A stretch of 64,000 bases of DNA from Bilabrum cf. latius (taxonomy: Eukaryota): contig OZ237757.1 of NCBI GenBank assembly GCA_965178125.1, positions 62,001-126,000 of the forward strand, read 5' to 3'. A program made the translations under genes and the position numbers. Position 1 is the stretch's first letter. Every line of letters starts with the position of its first letter. Under the pieces are notes generated by a model. The model was not told the origin of the DNA, made no database searches, and worked only from the letters and a program-made list of their open reading frames with translations. Below are positions 61,401 through 64,000 of this stretch, piece after piece.

Positions 61401-63382
61401 AGCCCCGGGTCCGGCACGGACAGCATCGAGCGGATGCGGGCACGAAGCGCAGGCGCTGTCTCTGCCGGAGGTAGCACGGCCCCGGCGTCTGCAGGCAGGG
61501 TAGGGGCAACGGCTCGATCCAGGGGCAGCCTGCCAGAGAGCAAGGGATGCTGCGGCCTCCAGGCCGATGGCAATAATGAACTGCTGTCCGTGGCTGCACT
61601 GGGCTGTCTCAGAGAGAGGACTGGCTCAATACCCAGTTGATCTGCCTCCGCCCCGTGCTCACCCCCCATCGTCCGTAGACGTTCCTCGCCCTAACCGACC
61701 AAGTCTCTGTCCAATTGCTTCAGCAAATCGGACACGACTTCTTCCACCTGCCCGGCCAGCGTCACGTGGCAGGCCAGCACAAAGGCGGGAGGCACGGGAT
61801 CTGCCCGCATGCACTGCACTGCACCGGCGGTACCTTCCACGTCCGTACACTCATAGGCCCCGCTTCCGGACTGCGCGAAGAGTCCACCAGTGGGCACAGG
61901 CACGCCTTGCCCGTGGCCTGCTGCATCTGCTGCAGCCGCAACCGCCGAGCTAGCCCCGGGTTCACCGTCTCTATCACCATCCTTCTGAGTTTGTCCGCCC
62001 CCCCCTCCATGACCCGCCGCCTGCATGGCAGCGGGGGCCCAGGGCGGCAGCTCGGCGTGTGCTGCGGCCCACTGCAGGGACATGCGCGCCCTGGCTGATT
62101 TCTCCACCTGGTTGCGGAACATGTCCGCGCGGCGCCTCAGGTCGGCATCGTGCGCTTGTGCCTGACTCTCAATTTCCCGCGCGTCAACCGATGCAGTCCC
62201 CCCGGCCTGTGCTTCCCTACTGCTGCCGTGCCCACCACTCCTCCCCTGTTGACCCCCCTCGGCGCTGAGCCACTGCCCCGCATCCACCTTTTCGTCGTGC
62301 CGTACTGCCTCAAGCAGGGTGAATAGAATACCGTTGTCTTGATCCGTGCCTGACTCCTGCTCCCTTGCAGACATCACACGGTCCCAGCATGGCCCGCACG
62401 GCTGCCAGTCCATCCCAGCACCAGCACCAGCACCAGCACCAGCAAGTGAACCAGCACCAGCACCAGCACCAGCACCAGCACCAGCACCAGCACCAGCACC
62501 AGCACCAGCACCAGCACCAGCACCAGCACCAGCATCAGCACCAGCACCAGCACCAGCACCAGTACCAGCACCAGCACCAGCACCAGCACCAGCCTTCCCA
62601 AGACTTTCCGCTCCCTCAGGCTCAGGCCTGTCGCTGCCTACAGATCCACTGTCATACAGCAGTTGATCATCTCCCCACGCACCCTCTAGCACCACCCCGC
62701 GGGCCCCTCTCTCCCGCCAGCCCGCGCTGCCACTCGCTGGTCCATGGTGATGACCCACGCTCGCCCGAAGGAGGGCCCGTCTGGCGGCGCGGAAAGGAGC
62801 TGTGCCCGCCCAGACGCTTCGATTTGCAAGGCGTTCCGAATCCCTACTGTGAACGGTACCAATAGCAACACGGAGGGCGATGCCGAGCACGGCAAACTCT
62901 GGCACCGGGAGAGCGAGCATCCGGTCCAGCAGGGCGAGGCGATTCTCGGGACAGTCCAGGCAGCTTTGCCGCATCATGTGCCGACGATGCATGACGGAAG
63001 AACCTGCCAGGACCCATGCCACCATCTTGGGTCCACCGAGTGCCTCAAGGCCTGTCTTGTTGCGCAGTTGCGACACACAAAGCGATGACTTTGCAGCGAG
63101 AGCATCTGCCAATGTATGCATGGTGCTCATGCCTTGAAACAAGAGCTATGTTGCGTGGGTAGAGCTGGCTTGCGCAGGGCAAACTACTGTTGCACACACG
63201 TCCTGCCAGCAAAGGCTAAGCTCCTTCCACCAATCTAAAATGTGACAGACGGTCTCCCTGGAGCAAAACGAGGGCGTATCATGACCAACACAGAATGGAT
63301 AGAAACATACGTCATTCATTGCCCAGGGAGCGTTTCGTACGCTCCACACAAAGGGAAAATATGGCCATCTCAACGAATCCAT
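58478..63382 (-). CDS. Large hypothetical protein, ~1630 aa
   Basis: Seven ORF-track pieces share one frame, separated only by TAG (63146, 61691, 61229, 60863, 60809, 60278, 59381, 58655). The first non-TAG stop is TAA 58478-58480. No domain recognised. Confidence 0.68.
60651..60740. repeat. 45-bp in-frame tandem duplication (EDKQVHQRMEAIDHR x2)
   Basis: Two adjacent identical copies. Confidence 0.92.
62415..62593. repeat. (CCAGCA)n hexamer repeat encoding a long Gly-Ala tract
   Basis: About 29 near-perfect copies. Confidence 0.93.
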
Positions 63383-63453
63383 GCAATTGCAGCGCACTGC
63401 CGCACACCAAGAACATTTGGTCCAACGTCATATTTGGTTGTTTCTGCCTCACG

Positions 63454-64000
63454 ATGCGAGCCAAACTAAGTATTCTTGCATCAGCTTGCTTTATTGCCCA
63501 AGTATGGTCCATGGGAAGCAGTTTTGCTTCGCCATCGTTCGACATGCCTGACCTGCCGGAGTGGTACGACGCACGGATCCAGTCGCGCCGAATCAGCGCC
63601 AAGCAGGCCGCTGATGATGGCAAGGCATTTGCAATTGTGATTGATGCTGGCAGTACTGGAAGTAGGTTGCATGTGTACACGTGGAAGCCAGATTCCTCCG
63701 AGCATCTGCCTGCCAACCTGTCTACCCCCGTCGAAGAAACTCAAGACACCTACAGCGTAAAGCCGGGCATCGGCTCCGATGGCGGTCTAGACGCGCTGCA
63801 GACACTCCTGGATTACGCGCAGCAGAACACGACCCTGAAGGATATGAAGGACCTCTGGCCAGACATTCCGATTTTCCTCAAGGCCACTGCTGGCATGCGC
63901 ATCCTCCCTCGGGCCGAGAGGGAGAGCATCATGACCCAGGTGAGGGACAAGCTGAAGGCCACTGGATTCGAGTGGGTCTGCAGCTCCCAGGCCCGCGTGA
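63454..64000 (+). CDS. GDA1/CD39 NTPDase (apyrase), 5' part, runs off the window
   Basis: Signal-like MRAKLSILASACFIAQVWS; ACR1 IVIDAGSTGSRLHVYTW; KPGI; ACR2 IFLKATAGMR. Confidence 0.88.
   Translation, partial: MRAKLSILASACFIAQVWSMGSSFASPSFDMPDLPEWYDARIQSRRISAKQAADDGKAFAIVIDAGSTGSRLHVYTWKPDSSEHLPANLSTPVEETQDTYSVKPGIGSDGGLDALQTLLDYAQQNTTLKDMKDLWPDIPIFLKATAGMRILPRAERESIMTQVRDKLKATGFEWVCSSQARV

Noticed and set aside
88-63382. Mass pseudogenisation or RIP-like C-to-T mutation as the source of TAGs
   Set aside because: This would also create TAA and TGA (from CAA, CGA, TGG) and erode motifs. Neither is seen in host genes, and catalytic motifs are intact.
1-64000. tRNA-Gln(CUA) or other tRNA/rRNA genes
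   Set aside because: No cloverleaf or rRNA-like sequence was recognised by eye in the intergenic gaps; tRNAscan-SE on the whole genome is needed.

Overview
Gene-dense, GC-rich eukaryotic nuclear DNA with short GT-AG introns and intergenic gaps of roughly 70-400 bp. The stramenopile-type CCT protein and a Ngaro-type retroelement suggest a heterotrophic stramenopile-like protist (inference). The main result is that the genome does not appear to use the standard code. By hand count about 70 in-frame TAG codons interrupt about 20 otherwise intact genes, and where the residue can be judged TAG sits at a Gln position (RecQ GKSLTY*, ankyrin AC*NGH x3, and a 30-bp duplication where TAG pairs with CAA). 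Genes end in TGA or occasionally TAA, and no exonic in-frame TAA or TGA was found inside host genes. This points to UAG=Gln with UAA/UGA as stops (translation-table-15-like). Read this way, the fragmented ORF track collapses into about 22 genes: Aha1-like, RasGEF, two sulfatases, MESD-like, RecQ/WRN-like, dolichol kinase, two ankyrin proteins, a CCT protein, a membrane P-loop GTPase, pectin acetylesterase, TmcB-like, a 2-TM protein, GH10 xylanase, a STIM-like EF-SAM-FN3-TM-FYVE protein, SelJ-like, renalase-like, NTPDase and orphans. A degenerate tyrosine-recombinase retroelement with split direct repeats occupies 38438-45016. All family calls are motif recognition by eye, not database searches.
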